Shown here: piece by piece, positions 10,342 through 20,076 of the stretch
How the letters are laid out: the number at the start of each line of letters is the position of its first letter
How positions within the stretch are numbered: position 1 is the stretch's first letter
From: a virus
Virus record (IMG/VR): IMGVR_UViG_3300033141_003168
Coordinates: 46,332-110,331 of that record
Strand: one strand, 5' to 3'
Length of the DNA: 64,000 bases
Made by a program: the position numbers and the translations under genes
The notes under the pieces: model-generated
Seen by the model: the letters and a program-made list of their open reading frames with translations, nothing else
Databases searched by the model: none
Told to the model about the DNA's origin: nothing

Positions 10342-11153
10342 ATGAACATGGAAATTAGAAACCAGTTGGGAATGTTCCCTGACATCAATCGAGTAACAAT
10401 GACGACGCAGGCGGAGGCGTTGGAAGCAGTAGAAAAATTCTTTGGAAGAGTGCAACGCGCAACAAATGAAATGTCCCGGCAGGTACTCAATAGTGTTGTA
10501 GGATCGTTGACGTTTACCAAGCGTGGGAAAAAACCCATGAACAAAGACTGCACCTTATGGCAACACGAAAAGGTTAGTAAAGAATTGCACAATGAAATAG
10601 TTGAAGTGTTGGACGTATTACACTCCGCGCCACCTTGCGATTATTTTGGGCAAATTGCAACGGAACACGGTGCACTCGACAAACATAAATCACAATTTTT
10701 ACACCCCCTCAAGTTGGCGAAATGATGGTTAAAATGATGTTCCCGGATATTCACAACGACGACAAATTTATTACTGCGGCAGACCCATGTTGCGGTACAG
10801 GTAGATTTTCTTTATACACTTTAATCCAGAGAAAAAATATTGCCTTCTATTCCAATGATGTAGACATAGACTTGATAAGGGCGGCGGCTTTAACACACTG
10901 GATTTATTTTCCAATGGATCAAGAATGGGTTAAAGAGGATAAACGGTTTTGGTTTTTTCTCAGAATGAATTCTTTAAGTCATCCAGTGGGTAGTGATTCG
11001 ACCGAATGGTTATTCTCAAATCGTTGGGATCAACCCGCCAGTCTTTTGGAGGCACCGGACTCGCGTGGTTATACCGCAGAAGAAGTGAAGATGATTTTTG
11101 AATCAGTGAAAGGAGAGCCAAGTGGCGATCTCAAAACGCCTACGCAGTTGTGA
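10342..11153 (+). pseudogene. N6-DNA-methyltransferase-like gene split by a 1-nt frameshift (ORFs 10342-10725 and 10722-11153)
   Basis: Adding one T to the T5 run at ~10696-10700 gives DYFGQ...QFFTPPQVGEMMVKMM...ADPCCGTGRF (motifs X and I). Confidence 0.7.
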
Positions 11154-11166
11154 AAGGGGATAAGTA

Positions 11167-11532
11167 ATGTGGAAAGAAAAATTTAAACTGCCAAAGTTGG
11201 ATAAAGAACAAACGTCGGACTTGCGAATCGCAGTCAGTTTGCGGATTATAAAACCGAAACCGGAAGTCAAAGGTTGTTCACTTTGCAAGAAATACAAATC
11301 TACTCAACGTCACAAGACTGTATTATGTGAGGCGAAGTGTCCGGCAAACGTAATGTTCCGAATACATCGCAGGGTACAAGAACGTTCGGCGATGAGCAAC
11401 GGATTCATGCAGTACGACTCAACTATTTGCGGACACTATGCGGCGTTGTATGCGAAGAAAAAAACGAGGCAACAAGCAATTAATTTCATTAACGAAGTCG
11501 ATATGCAACTTCGATTAAAGGAGAAGGCATGA
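11167..11532 (+). CDS. hypothetical Cys-rich protein
   Basis: CSLC...CEAKCP; RBS-like GGGG upstream. Confidence 0.55.
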   Translation: MWKEKFKLPKLDKEQTSDLRIAVSLRIIKPKPEVKGCSLCKKYKSTQRHKTVLCEAKCPANVMFRIHRRVQERSAMSNGFMQYDSTICGHYAALYAKKKTRQQAINFINEVDMQLRLKEKA

Positions 11533-11715
11533 AGACTAATTTGCGGAGAGTAATTCATAATGTTTTAGCACAGGCGTTTCTTACAGGACTTGGTTTTATC
11601 GGCGCATTTTTATTCAGGAATGTTTGGTGCATTTTTGTTGCACTCGTGTTGGTGTTTTTTACCTATGCGGTTTTTTCGGATACACCAGATAAGGAAGGGT
11701 AAGGGGGTGATAAGG

Positions 11716-12120
11716 ATGACAGATGAAAAAAAAGATCAAGAGCAAATTAACCATTATTCCCGCGAATTAACGAAGACAGAAAAGTTAGTTTCGGAAACGG
11801 TTCACAAGTTTGTGGGTATGAACGGTTCAGGTTTCGGGATTTACAACTCCGCAACAGAAAAACTGGTATTGGTTGTGGGTATGTCGATCATACGCAGTGC
11901 CTTTGCAATGTGCCTTAGAGAAGGGTTGATAAAAGGCTATGAAGTTTTGCGAGTGATTCGAGTAGACGACCCGGTAATACTTGAAGGTATGAAATCAGAA
12001 GTGGTGGTAGGAGTCAACGCGCTGATCTCGTTTGAAAAGCCAAGTTTGCTGTTGACACCAAAAGCACAGGAGGATAAGTTTGAAGTACGGTCATTTAATA
12101 CGGTTTTTGAAATCACTTAA
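11716..12120 (+). CDS. hypothetical protein
   Basis: Likely start at MTDEKK after a GGGGGTGA RBS, within track ORF 11590-12120. Confidence 0.55.
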   Translation: MTDEKKDQEQINHYSRELTKTEKLVSETVHKFVGMNGSGFGIYNSATEKLVLVVGMSIIRSAFAMCLREGLIKGYEVLRVIRVDDPVILEGMKSEVVVGVNALISFEKPSLLLTPKAQEDKFEVRSFNTVFEIT

Positions 12121-12121
12121 A

Positions 12122-12146
12122 AACTACTCCGGTTTCCGTAGTAATT
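12122..12146. repeat. 25-bp dispersed palindrome, copy 3
   Basis: AACTACTCCGG-TTT-CCGTAGTAATT, intergenic. Confidence 0.95.
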
Positions 12147-12171
12147 AAATTTTTGGAAAGGAAAAATAAAA

Positions 12172-12681
12172 ATGGAAGAACGACCAAACGTAATAGTTGG
12201 GAGAACGGTAAGAGCAAGAACCGGGTGCGGTAATTTATACATTACCCTCAACGAGAGTGATGGTAAGTTATTTGAAGTCTTTACACAAATGGGACATTCG
12301 GGAGGATGCGCGGCGGCGCAATCACAGGCCGAGTCGTTGACTTTATCAATAGCCCTACGCAGTGGAGCCGATCCTTTTGAACTAATGACACGACTTGTAG
12401 GTATACGATGTGACCACGAAGGGGAAGGCACAAACGGAATCCTCGGTTGTCCCGATGCACTGGGTAGGGCTATCGGTTATTGGATGGGTTATTACGATGA
12501 AAATTTACAGCCTATCGCGGGTAAGGAATTAAAAATGTGTAACATTTGCCAAAAACAAAGTGGGTATTTTTACGAATGTTGTGAGTGCGGAAAATTTGTG
12601 TGTCTACGATGTTCACCGCGAGGTTTTACGAATCGAGAATTGTGTCGATATTGTGTTGAAACAGAGCAGAAGAAAGGGTGA
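12172..12681 (+). CDS. TSCPD-domain protein (NrdJb / C-terminal domain of class II ribonucleotide reductase) with a Cys-rich tail
   Basis: TGCGNLYIT, EVF..MG.SGGCAAAQS, SIALRSG, GIRC, GCPDALGRAI. Confidence 0.85.
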   Translation: MEERPNVIVGRTVRARTGCGNLYITLNESDGKLFEVFTQMGHSGGCAAAQSQAESLTLSIALRSGADPFELMTRLVGIRCDHEGEGTNGILGCPDALGRAIGYWMGYYDENLQPIAGKELKMCNICQKQSGYFYECCECGKFVCLRCSPRGFTNRELCRYCVETEQKKG

Positions 12682-12890
12682 CTTAATTCTTTACCGCTGC
12701 GCCTGATGGAAGGAGGTGATTTAAATGAGCCAAAATGTAAAAGAGGAAAATGAAGTAACAAAACATTGTAGAACTTGCGGTAAATGTTGCCAAGAAGGGT
12801 GTGGACTTGGTGGTGATTGTGGAGTTGATTACATTCACTGGGAAGCCGTTGTTGGCGAAGAAACAAAGGAAGTGAAAGGAGAAGAATAAA

Positions 12891-13739
12891 TTGATTTTGA
12901 TTACAGTTATAGTTTTGTTGGCAGGTGCACTTGGTTGGGGATTGCGTGGGGTATTAGGCGGATTTCTTGGCGCACTCGCACCCGGCATGATGGTAGGTAC
13001 AGTTTTAGCGATAGGCATGAAACCCGAACACCCCGAAACTTTCGTACTTATTATTACTATCGCGTCGGGTTCGTGTGGGATTATACCTTATGCGAAGTTT
13101 CTTAATTGGATAATAACGACACCGGAGAAATTTATTAAAGGCGTTGTGGGTTATGTCGGTGTGAGTTGCCTGTGGGGTTTAATAATGGGAGCCGCGGTTA
13201 GTGTGTTATTTAAAGGGGCTTGGGATGCGGAGATTATTTTTATCCCGGCTTTCGTTTCTGGTGTGATAGGTTTTTTCGCATCATACGCACTAAAATATTT
13301 TGTGATTAAAGGACATCCGTATCCGTGGAAAATGTTGGAGTTTATTTCAGGCGTCGGAGTGTTCGCGTCCTTGCCATACATACTACAACAAACGAGCGTG
13401 AGTGCGCGTGTAACGAACGAAAACGCGGCAATGATTATATTGGTCATTGTTTTATTAACGCCTGTTATAACCACGATCAGGCGCGTCCTAAACGATTGGA
13501 CTGTTCAGGTGGATATTGTGTTTAGTTTGTTGTACGCAATCGGCATAGTCGGGAGTTGGTTTTGCAAGGTGATGCCGATGGAGTTAAATCCGATTCTCGC
13601 AATCACTTGGTACACTTATGTTGCCGATCTGAAACACGCGGCGACTGATCCAAACGCGAGGCCGATTCGCATGGCGTTTCTTGCGTTGTGGTTTGTTACG
13701 ATAATTTTCACAGTAATGTTGGTAATATTAAGGAGGTAG
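12891..13739 (+). CDS. multi-pass membrane protein
   Basis: About 8-9 hydrophobic segments. Confidence 0.75.
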   Translation: MILITVIVLLAGALGWGLRGVLGGFLGALAPGMMVGTVLAIGMKPEHPETFVLIITIASGSCGIIPYAKFLNWIITTPEKFIKGVVGYVGVSCLWGLIMGAAVSVLFKGAWDAEIIFIPAFVSGVIGFFASYALKYFVIKGHPYPWKMLEFISGVGVFASLPYILQQTSVSARVTNENAAMIILVIVLLTPVITTIRRVLNDWTVQVDIVFSLLYAIGIVGSWFCKVMPMELNPILAITWYTYVADLKHAATDPNARPIRMAFLALWFVTIIFTVMLVILRR

Positions 13740-13742
13740 AAA

Positions 13743-14021
13743 GTGAGTAATAAAGAAAAGCAAGATTGTGCGGAAGCAAGGGATTGCTTGCAAGTACCGT
13801 TTTCAGGTTACATGGTTCTTAAATATCAGAGCGGGAAACCCGTTATTGCCGTTCAATCAACAGGGATAGTTTGGAATGATATTTTCTGTAGTTTGTGTGA
13901 TAAGTCATTGATTGAACAATCAAAAGAATTTCAAACTTTAGTTGCGCGAACACTTGGAGATAGAGATATTATAGTTTCGTTAAAATTGAAGTTACATAGA
14001 TCAGAAGGTGAGGATAAGTAA
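13743..14021 (+). CDS. hypothetical protein
   Basis: AGGAGG RBS; translationally coupled to the next gene. Confidence 0.6.
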   Translation: MSNKEKQDCAEARDCLQVPFSGYMVLKYQSGKPVIAVQSTGIVWNDIFCSLCDKSLIEQSKEFQTLVARTLGDRDIIVSLKLKLHRSEGEDK

Positions 14022-16168
14022 TGAAAACAATAACTATCGAAGCAACAACCATTTCGGATGCCTGGTTTCAGTGCATCTGGAGCCTGATAGATAACGGCTT
14101 CACTTACAAGATCGAGGATGGTTCATTTGTGGGCGATAAGCGGCTTGAGTTTGATTTTATCACAGTTGTGATTACACATCCGCAAACAAGACCGCTCGAA
14201 CCGGATATACCGCCAGATTATGGAATACCTAATCCAGTTGAGCCGGGATATATCGACAAGTATGTTCCTTACCTTATGACGGCGCATAAAGAACCGGGAG
14301 AACAGTACACCTACGGTTCACGTTTGATGGAAGGTGATGCTTACGAGGACGAGACTTTTCGCGCTCCTGATTTTCCTGATACTCCGCTGTATATTTTGAA
14401 CTGGGTTAATCAGGTTCAGCATTTTATAAAGCGCATGAGAGAAAAGCCAAACGGCAATCAATACATCCTGCAAGTTGGTCAACCTTCTGATTGTCTATTA
14501 CCAGACCCGCCTTGCGTTCTACCAGATTCATTGATATTTACTGAAGATGGTTATACAAAAGCTAAAGATATAAAAGAAGGAGACAGGCTATTTACCCATA
14601 AAGGAAGAGTAAAGAAGGTAACAAAAGTATTTAACAGAAAATATGACGGTAAAATAAACAACATAAGTACAAAATTGCGTAAAACTACGTTGTCACTTAC
14701 ACCAGAGCATCTAGTGTTTGTTATAAAAGTAGATAAGTGTTACGATAAGAAAATGACATGTAAACCATTGTGCAAAAAACAATATTCGTGTTATGAAAAA
14801 CAAGGGTTAACATGTAAAAAGTCTTACAAGGATTATAAAGAGGAATGGATAGATTCAAAAAATATAACAACAAATCATTTTCTTCCTTTCCCAAGATTTG
14901 ATTATAGTTATATGCCAGCTGTGGATATAAGTATAGAAGAGTTAAGTGTCATGGGATTATTTTTAGCTGAAGGGGATTATTCTGATGGGTTAAGATTCAG
15001 TCTCGGAGAGCATGAAGAAGATTTAATAATAACAATAATTTCGTTGATGAAAAAGGTTTATGGGTTAAAGCCGCATATCGATAATCACGGGCAAGGTTCT
15101 TCAAGAATAAAATTTTATTCAAAGGAATTAGAAAATAAATATAGAGAATTATTTGGTGCAGGTGCAAGAAATAAAAAAATACCATTTAATTTTTTGTCCC
15201 TTAGTATAGAAAAATTACAAGCATTTATAGATAGTTTTATCGAAGGAGATGGATACAGAAGAATAAATAGAGAACAAACAAACATATTTACGACATCTGA
15301 GCAAATGTATAAAATGTTTGAGCTTATATTGATAAAAATAGGGTATATGCCTTCGACCAGTATTGTGAATATTAAAGATTCTAATATAAATGGAAGGGTG
15401 ATAAAAGCCAATGGCGTAGGGTATAATTTATCGTTTATAGAGAAAAGAACAAAAGATAAATACTTATGGAGTAATAATGAATATTTTTACATTCCGATCA
15501 ATAGTATATCTACTGTAGATTATAGTGGTGATGTATATAATTTTGAAGTAGAGGATGACAATTCGTATATAGCTGATAATATAGTTGTTCATAATTGTCT
15601 GCGCCACATAGACATGAGGATTAAGGACGGCGAGTTAATTTTCTACCCCTATTTTCGGAGTTGGGATTTATGGTCTGGCTTCCCGGCGAACCTTGGAGGA
15701 CTCGTACACTTACAGGAATACATGGCGGATGAGATCGGAGTCAAGCCGGGGCCGTTTGTTTGTTCCTCAAAGGGTCTGCACATCTACAAGTATGTATGGG
15801 AACTCGCGGAGATCAGGACGGGTAAGAAAGTCGGCATACCAATAGCGACACCTGACGGCGACGACCCGCCGAGTGATTCTATTCAGATGTTTGACGAAGC
15901 GCGGAAAGAATGGATTTGGGTTCCCGAAGGAACTGCATATATGCCTATAAAAGATTTTGAAAGTGTGCATAATATGTTGCTACTTGTTGATTGTGACGGG
16001 CAATTCGGGCGCACTCCGAAGATAAGCGAGATCGAGTCATGGACAAATCAGGACAGGCAAGAAGTTATATCGTGGGCGGAATCGGTTTACTTTGATGCGT
16101 CAGATAATGACGTTGACATTCCTGAAATCCCTTATGTACTAACGGTCTTGCCGAAGGCGGCGTTATAA
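14021..16168 (+). CDS. thyA: thymidylate synthase (short, archaeal-like ThyA type) containing an intein
   Basis: YTYGSR, DPP|C active site (after splicing DPPCLRHIDMR), YFRSWDLWSGFPANL, GLHIY. Confidence 0.88.
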   Translation: MKTITIEATTISDAWFQCIWSLIDNGFTYKIEDGSFVGDKRLEFDFITVVITHPQTRPLEPDIPPDYGIPNPVEPGYIDKYVPYLMTAHKEPGEQYTYGSRLMEGDAYEDETFRAPDFPDTPLYILNWVNQVQHFIKRMREKPNGNQYILQVGQPSDCLLPDPPCVLPDSLIFTEDGYTKAKDIKEGDRLFTHKGRVKKVTKVFNRKYDGKINNISTKLRKTTLSLTPEHLVFVIKVDKCYDKKMTCKPLCKKQYSCYEKQGLTCKKSYKDYKEEWIDSKNITTNHFLPFPRFDYSYMPAVDISIEELSVMGLFLAEGDYSDGLRFSLGEHEEDLIITIISLMKKVYGLKPHIDNHGQGSSRIKFYSKELENKYRELFGAGARNKKIPFNFLSLSIEKLQAFIDSFIEGDGYRRINREQTNIFTTSEQMYKMFELILIKIGYMPSTSIVNIKDSNINGRVIKANGVGYNLSFIEKRTKDKYLWSNNEYFYIPINSISTVDYSGDVYNFEVEDDNSYIADNIVVHNCLRHIDMRIKDGELIFYPYFRSWDLWSGFPANLGGLVHLQEYMADEIGVKPGPFVCSSKGLHIYKYVWELAEIRTGKKVGIPIATPDGDDPPSDSIQMFDEARKEWIWVPEGTAYMPIKDFESVHNMLLLVDCDGQFGRTPKISEIESWTNQDRQEVISWAESVYFDASDNDVDIPEIPYVLTVLPKAAL
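14513..15595 (+). mobile_element. intein (361 aa) with LAGLIDADG homing endonuclease
   Basis: N-terminal CVLPDSLIFT, block B LTPEHLV, LAGLIDADG-like GLFLAEGD and DSFIEGDG, C-terminal VYNFEVEDDNSYIADNIVVHN followed by Cys+1. The segment is visibly more AT-rich. Confidence 0.95.
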
Positions 16169-16296
16169 TGTTCAAATTTGAAACCGAATTAATAAGCTCG
16201 TTATTTAAAAAATCTAAGGAGGTAAAATGAGTAGAAAGAACAAAAGGTCGTTGCGTAAGAAACGAAAACGCAAGACTAAGAAAAAGGAGGAAGTGA

Positions 16297-16644
16297 ATGG
16301 ATATAGAAGACAGAAATGCGGAACTAAGTGAAAAAGAAATATTGGGATGCAGGCTTGTGGCGTTTGTACTGAAACAAAAAGACCAAGTAATAAACAATCG
16401 TCTGGTGTCTTTGTTCAGAACCGAGTTTGAAGTTCGCGCGGAACTGATAGTAGAAAGCAAACGGTGGATTTACAGTCCAGAACCGTTTGAGGATGCAAAA
16501 AGAAATTATATTTTTCATCGCAGAGGTTCCGGTATCGTGAAGTTTAGTTTGGCTTGCGAGGGTGAAAGTCCAGTGGAAGTTGAACTAAACCTTGAAACAA
16601 AAGAAGTCAGTACGTTTCATACACAGGGAATGATATTTCAATAG
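16297..16644 (+). CDS. hypothetical protein
   Basis: AGGAGG RBS, 115 aa. Confidence 0.6.
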   Translation: MDIEDRNAELSEKEILGCRLVAFVLKQKDQVINNRLVSLFRTEFEVRAELIVESKRWIYSPEPFEDAKRNYIFHRRGSGIVKFSLACEGESPVEVELNLETKEVSTFHTQGMIFQ

Positions 16645-16654
16645 GAGATGCATT

Positions 16655-16975
16655 ATGTTTTTTGAAGAAGGTTCACACAAGCTTACTAATGATGAAGTCG
16701 AAGTGTTTCATGTTATATCTAAGTTGTTAAAATTTGCGGAAGAAAAAATGTTTGAACCCGTAGATCAAGAATTACTATCAGATTTTAATATCGAATTTGG
16801 CGTTCAAGGTGATTTGGTATTTGATACAGGAGGTCATTTCAAACCCAAATCCAGACATTATATCCGATATTTTCCGACAAACGGGAAAACACATTTTTGC
16901 GTTCTTTCTAATAGTACATTCATCATTGTAATTGTGTCCGGAGGCAATGAACCGATTGAACTGGAAATATTATGA
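16655..16975 (+). CDS. hypothetical protein
   Basis: AGGAG RBS, 106 aa. Confidence 0.6.
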   Translation: MFFEEGSHKLTNDEVEVFHVISKLLKFAEEKMFEPVDQELLSDFNIEFGVQGDLVFDTGGHFKPKSRHYIRYFPTNGKTHFCVLSNSTFIIVIVSGGNEPIELEIL

Positions 16976-17030
16976 ACGCTAAGAAAAAATCACTTTACAA
17001 AGGATGCGGTTTCAACAGGGAGGAAGTATA

Positions 17031-17411
17031 ATGCAAAAGACACCCGGCAGACATGCAGCATGGCTATTTACAGAGCAAAGAATGAAAGCGGTTAAAAAGT
17101 ATATCGTGAACCTCATGGGGCTTGAGGATTTTCTTCGTGACTATCTTGACAAGTCACCCGACGATAGCTCGACTGACGTAATGCACTGGTCAAACATTTT
17201 CATTTATAACTACGGCGATTTTATAAAACAAATCGTGTACCGAAAAACCTACGGCGGCAAGAGGTGGGAGAAACGACTGGCGACCGAAGCATTCGGTGAG
17301 GCGATGTTTGCCTTAATGATAGTTGCAATCAAGAGCGGTATTGACATTGCAGAAGCGGCAGACATAGTTGCCGACAAGTATAACAATCAGGAATGGAAGA
17401 AGAAGAATTAG
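17031..17411 (+). CDS. MazG-like all-alpha NTP pyrophosphohydrolase (tentative)
   Basis: EAFGEAMFAL..VA...GIDI.EA....DKYNN resembles the MazG C-terminal helices. Confidence 0.45.
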   Translation: MQKTPGRHAAWLFTEQRMKAVKKYIVNLMGLEDFLRDYLDKSPDDSSTDVMHWSNIFIYNYGDFIKQIVYRKTYGGKRWEKRLATEAFGEAMFALMIVAIKSGIDIAEAADIVADKYNNQEWKKKN

Positions 17412-17597
17412 GAAAGGAGGAGTTACCAGCTATGAAATCACTAAAAGATGAAATCTCTTCTGGCGAAGATCATGCACAAAAAGCAGAAGACAAACACCTC
17501 GCATCGGTACCGGAATCATGTCGCGACTGCAAAAGTGTATTTGTATGTGGTTGGAAACATCGGCATAAAGAGTGTGACGGCAAGGAATAGATTTTAA

Positions 17598-17622
17598 AAC
17601 TAATCCGGTAACCGGGGTAATT
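17598..17622. repeat. 25-bp dispersed palindrome, copy 4
   Basis: AACTAATCCGG-TAA-CCGGGGTAATT, intergenic, just before an RBS. Confidence 0.9.
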
Positions 17623-17830
17623 TTCGAGGAGAGAAAATGAGTAAAGGCCACAAGATACACAGTTCGCTTTTTGCCGTAGTAATCAACGGCGACGAAATAC
17701 TTCTTGATCCACACGGCAGGCCATTTTTGTTTGTCGAGGAGAGCAGGGCCGAGAATGTTATTAGCGGCTTAGACTTTTACCCTTCGTCTGCGAAGGTTCA
17801 CGAAGTAGACGTTGACGACATAGGGGAGGT

Positions 17831-18211
17831 ATGAACGTGCAAGAACACACGATTTTTATTAACCATGAATTCAGGTATGACTTGGTTGAGATTATGTTGA
17901 GGCGCACTACAAGGTATCCGGCGAATCCCAACCTGACGCAAAGCGAGTTTGCGCGAGTTAAAGATGAGAATGGCAGACTGGAATATGTTAAAACGAACGA
18001 AGGAAGAAAAGTTCCGGCTCTGCTCGCACTCACACAGGAGGAACTACTTGCGTTGTATGAAGCACTCACGGAATACATGAACTGCAAGGGGATTCAAACA
18101 ACACCGGAGTCAACGATGCGAGGTCAGCTTGAAAGAACTGGTGTGCACCTTAAAGATATGCGAAGGATAGCCTTTAAGCAGTTGGGAATGGCAGAGGGTG
18201 AGGTAACGTGA
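17831..18211 (+). CDS. hypothetical protein
   Basis: GGAGG RBS; ends HLKDMRRIAFK. Confidence 0.65.
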   Translation: MNVQEHTIFINHEFRYDLVEIMLRRTTRYPANPNLTQSEFARVKDENGRLEYVKTNEGRKVPALLALTQEELLALYEALTEYMNCKGIQTTPESTMRGQLERTGVHLKDMRRIAFKQLGMAEGEVT

Positions 18212-18990
18212 AAAATACCGAAGACGAATTACGAGACAGGCTGCAAAGTTTTGTTGGTATGAAAAATACGGGAACCACTCACCACCTGATTAAAAGGACA
18301 ACGGAAGTTCTTTTGGAGGAACGCGGGGTCGTTACCGACGAAAATGTGGTTGAAAGTTCCCAAGACGAGGAGAATGAAAACGAATGAGTTACAGTAGCTT
18401 ACAACACAGCACTAAAGGTACGAGGGTGGCAATCGTACGGCGACGCGCTAAAAAACGCGCACAGCGGCAACGGAGGCTGTCTGCTCAAAGGGCAGAGGCT
18501 AATGCTATGAGTGATGGACTGACCTCTAAAGGACAACGCCTCAATTCAACATCGCATTTTAAAGCATTACGACACCTAAACGTCATAGGAAAGCCGAGGG
18601 TGAGGTCGTGAAGTTTAAATTCGACGGCAAACTTACAGACACAGAGAAGAAGTCGGTTCGCGCGCAAGTCTGACCACAGAGGGAATAGATATTCTGGATA
18701 TGAATTTTTGTTTTCGAGTTTGTGGAAAAGTTTTTTTGGCTCGAAAAATTTGTATCGAAGACAAACTTGTAAATCACATTCTTGATTTTAGTTTAACAGC
18801 CGTGATTAGAATTCCTTTGCAAAACGATGTTTATAAAAATGTAGAATCGACGAGTGAAAAATTGACATGTAAAAATTGCGATGTTCATCACACTTGTAAA
18901 TTTGTGGCTACGTATGAACCAGACATTCGCGGAGAGGAATTTTGCAATTATCAACCTGATGACTGTCCAAGATTAAAGGGGTGAAACTAA

Positions 18991-19149
18991 ATGGCAGATA
19001 AATGTCCCAAGTGCGGTAAGACTTTTAGAGTGTACGCAGAATTCAAAGACCACGTATGCGAAGTTGAGAAAACGGCAATGGTAGACAAAGCACCTGATCC
19101 TAAGACTGAAGAGGCAGATGGATCGGAAGGAAATGAAGTTGTGAAATAA
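18991..19149 (+). CDS. small zinc-finger protein (52 aa, not in the ORF track)
   Basis: MADKCPKCGKTFRVYAEFKDHVC..., read manually; GGGGTGA RBS. Confidence 0.6.
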   Translation: MADKCPKCGKTFRVYAEFKDHVCEVEKTAMVDKAPDPKTEEADGSEGNEVVK

Positions 19150-19162
19150 TTATAACTTGATT

Positions 19163-19191
19163 TTGACATACGGGTAGGGTTAAGTTATCAT
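19163..19191 (+). promoter_or_regulatory. sigma70-type promoter
   Basis: TTGACA-17 bp-TATCAT. Confidence 0.75.
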
Positions 19192-19216
19192 TTGATAGTG
19201 AAGGGGTGGTGAAGGG

Positions 19217-19471
19217 GTGGTGAATGATGAGTCAGTCCGGCGAGTATTAAACTCATTTCGATTAACAAACTCTTTTGTTCTTGTTTCAACTTCCACTTCC
19301 ATTTCTAACGGCAGGCGAAATCGCCAACTCCTTGTAGTCAAAGATTGGGAAAATAATGTACCTGTATCGAAAGAAGAACTCAGAAAAGCGTTTGCAATTT
19401 TGGAACGCTCCCTGGGAGTAACATTCAGACCGAAACGAGTACAACCGGATTACCCGAGTGAAAAGAAATAG
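19217..19471 (+). CDS. hypothetical protein in its own promoter-terminator unit
   Basis: 84-aa ORF between the promoter at 19163 and the hairpin at ~19480. Confidence 0.55.
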   Translation: MVNDESVRRVLNSFRLTNSFVLVSTSTSISNGRRNRQLLVVKDWENNVPVSKEELRKAFAILERSLGVTFRPKRVQPDYPSEKK

Positions 19472-19478
19472 TCAGAAT

Positions 19479-19511
19479 AAATCTTCCGGTCATTAGTACC
19501 GGGATTTTTTT
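19479..19511 (+). terminator. probable intrinsic terminator
   Basis: ATCTTCCGGT-cattagt-ACCGGGAT followed by a T run. Confidence 0.6.
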
Positions 19512-19540
19512 GTATAATCATGAAAGGGACAAAAATCAGA

Positions 19541-19996
19541 ATGGCAAAAAATACCGCAAAACCTAAAAAGTGGAAACCTTTTAAACTAAAAGCAGGAGAA
19601 ATTCTTTTATGCGGAGATAAAAATCGGGAAGTCGCGGTCAGGTTTACAGCACTTGGCGATATTCAAGTCAGGACGAGACGCCGTGCCTGTTGGCCCGGTA
19701 CATGGGCAAATGTGCTTAAACATTTACGTAGTGAAATTTTTATCGAAGAAGGAAAGCGAAAACGGCGTTCTACAAAAACTACTGAAGAAGCGTTGAAAAC
19801 ATTAATTGAGTTTGAGGAACTAAGCATCAGAAGGATTGATGCAGTTGCAGTTGCAATCGTTGAACAGTGTCCCTGTTGCGATAACGGGAAGCATCGAAAG
19901 GAAGCGAAAAAAATTATTAACCCGGTAGTGAAGACATCAAGATTCGGCATAAGACGCACGTTATATCAACGTACTTACAGTTTAATGGATGCATAA
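19541..19996 (+). CDS. hypothetical basic protein
   Basis: ORF with CPCC; start uncertain (19520 or 19541). Confidence 0.55.
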   Translation: MAKNTAKPKKWKPFKLKAGEILLCGDKNREVAVRFTALGDIQVRTRRRACWPGTWANVLKHLRSEIFIEEGKRKRRSTKTTEEALKTLIEFEELSIRRIDAVAVAIVEQCPCCDNGKHRKEAKKIINPVVKTSRFGIRRTLYQRTYSLMDA

Positions 19997-20035
19997 GCAG
20001 ACTGTTGTTTTTTCATGGGAAATTAAGGTATAAAA

Positions 20036-20060
20036 AACTACTACGGTTTCCGTAGTAATT
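20036..20060. repeat. 25-bp dispersed palindrome, copy 5
   Basis: AACTACTACGG-TTT-CCGTAGTAATT, intergenic. Confidence 0.95.
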
Positions 20061-20076
20061 AAATGAAAGGGTCAAC

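Noticed and set aside
16170-16200. AAATTTGAAACCGAATTAAT as another palindrome copy
   Set aside because: It lacks the left CGG half-site; too degenerate to count.
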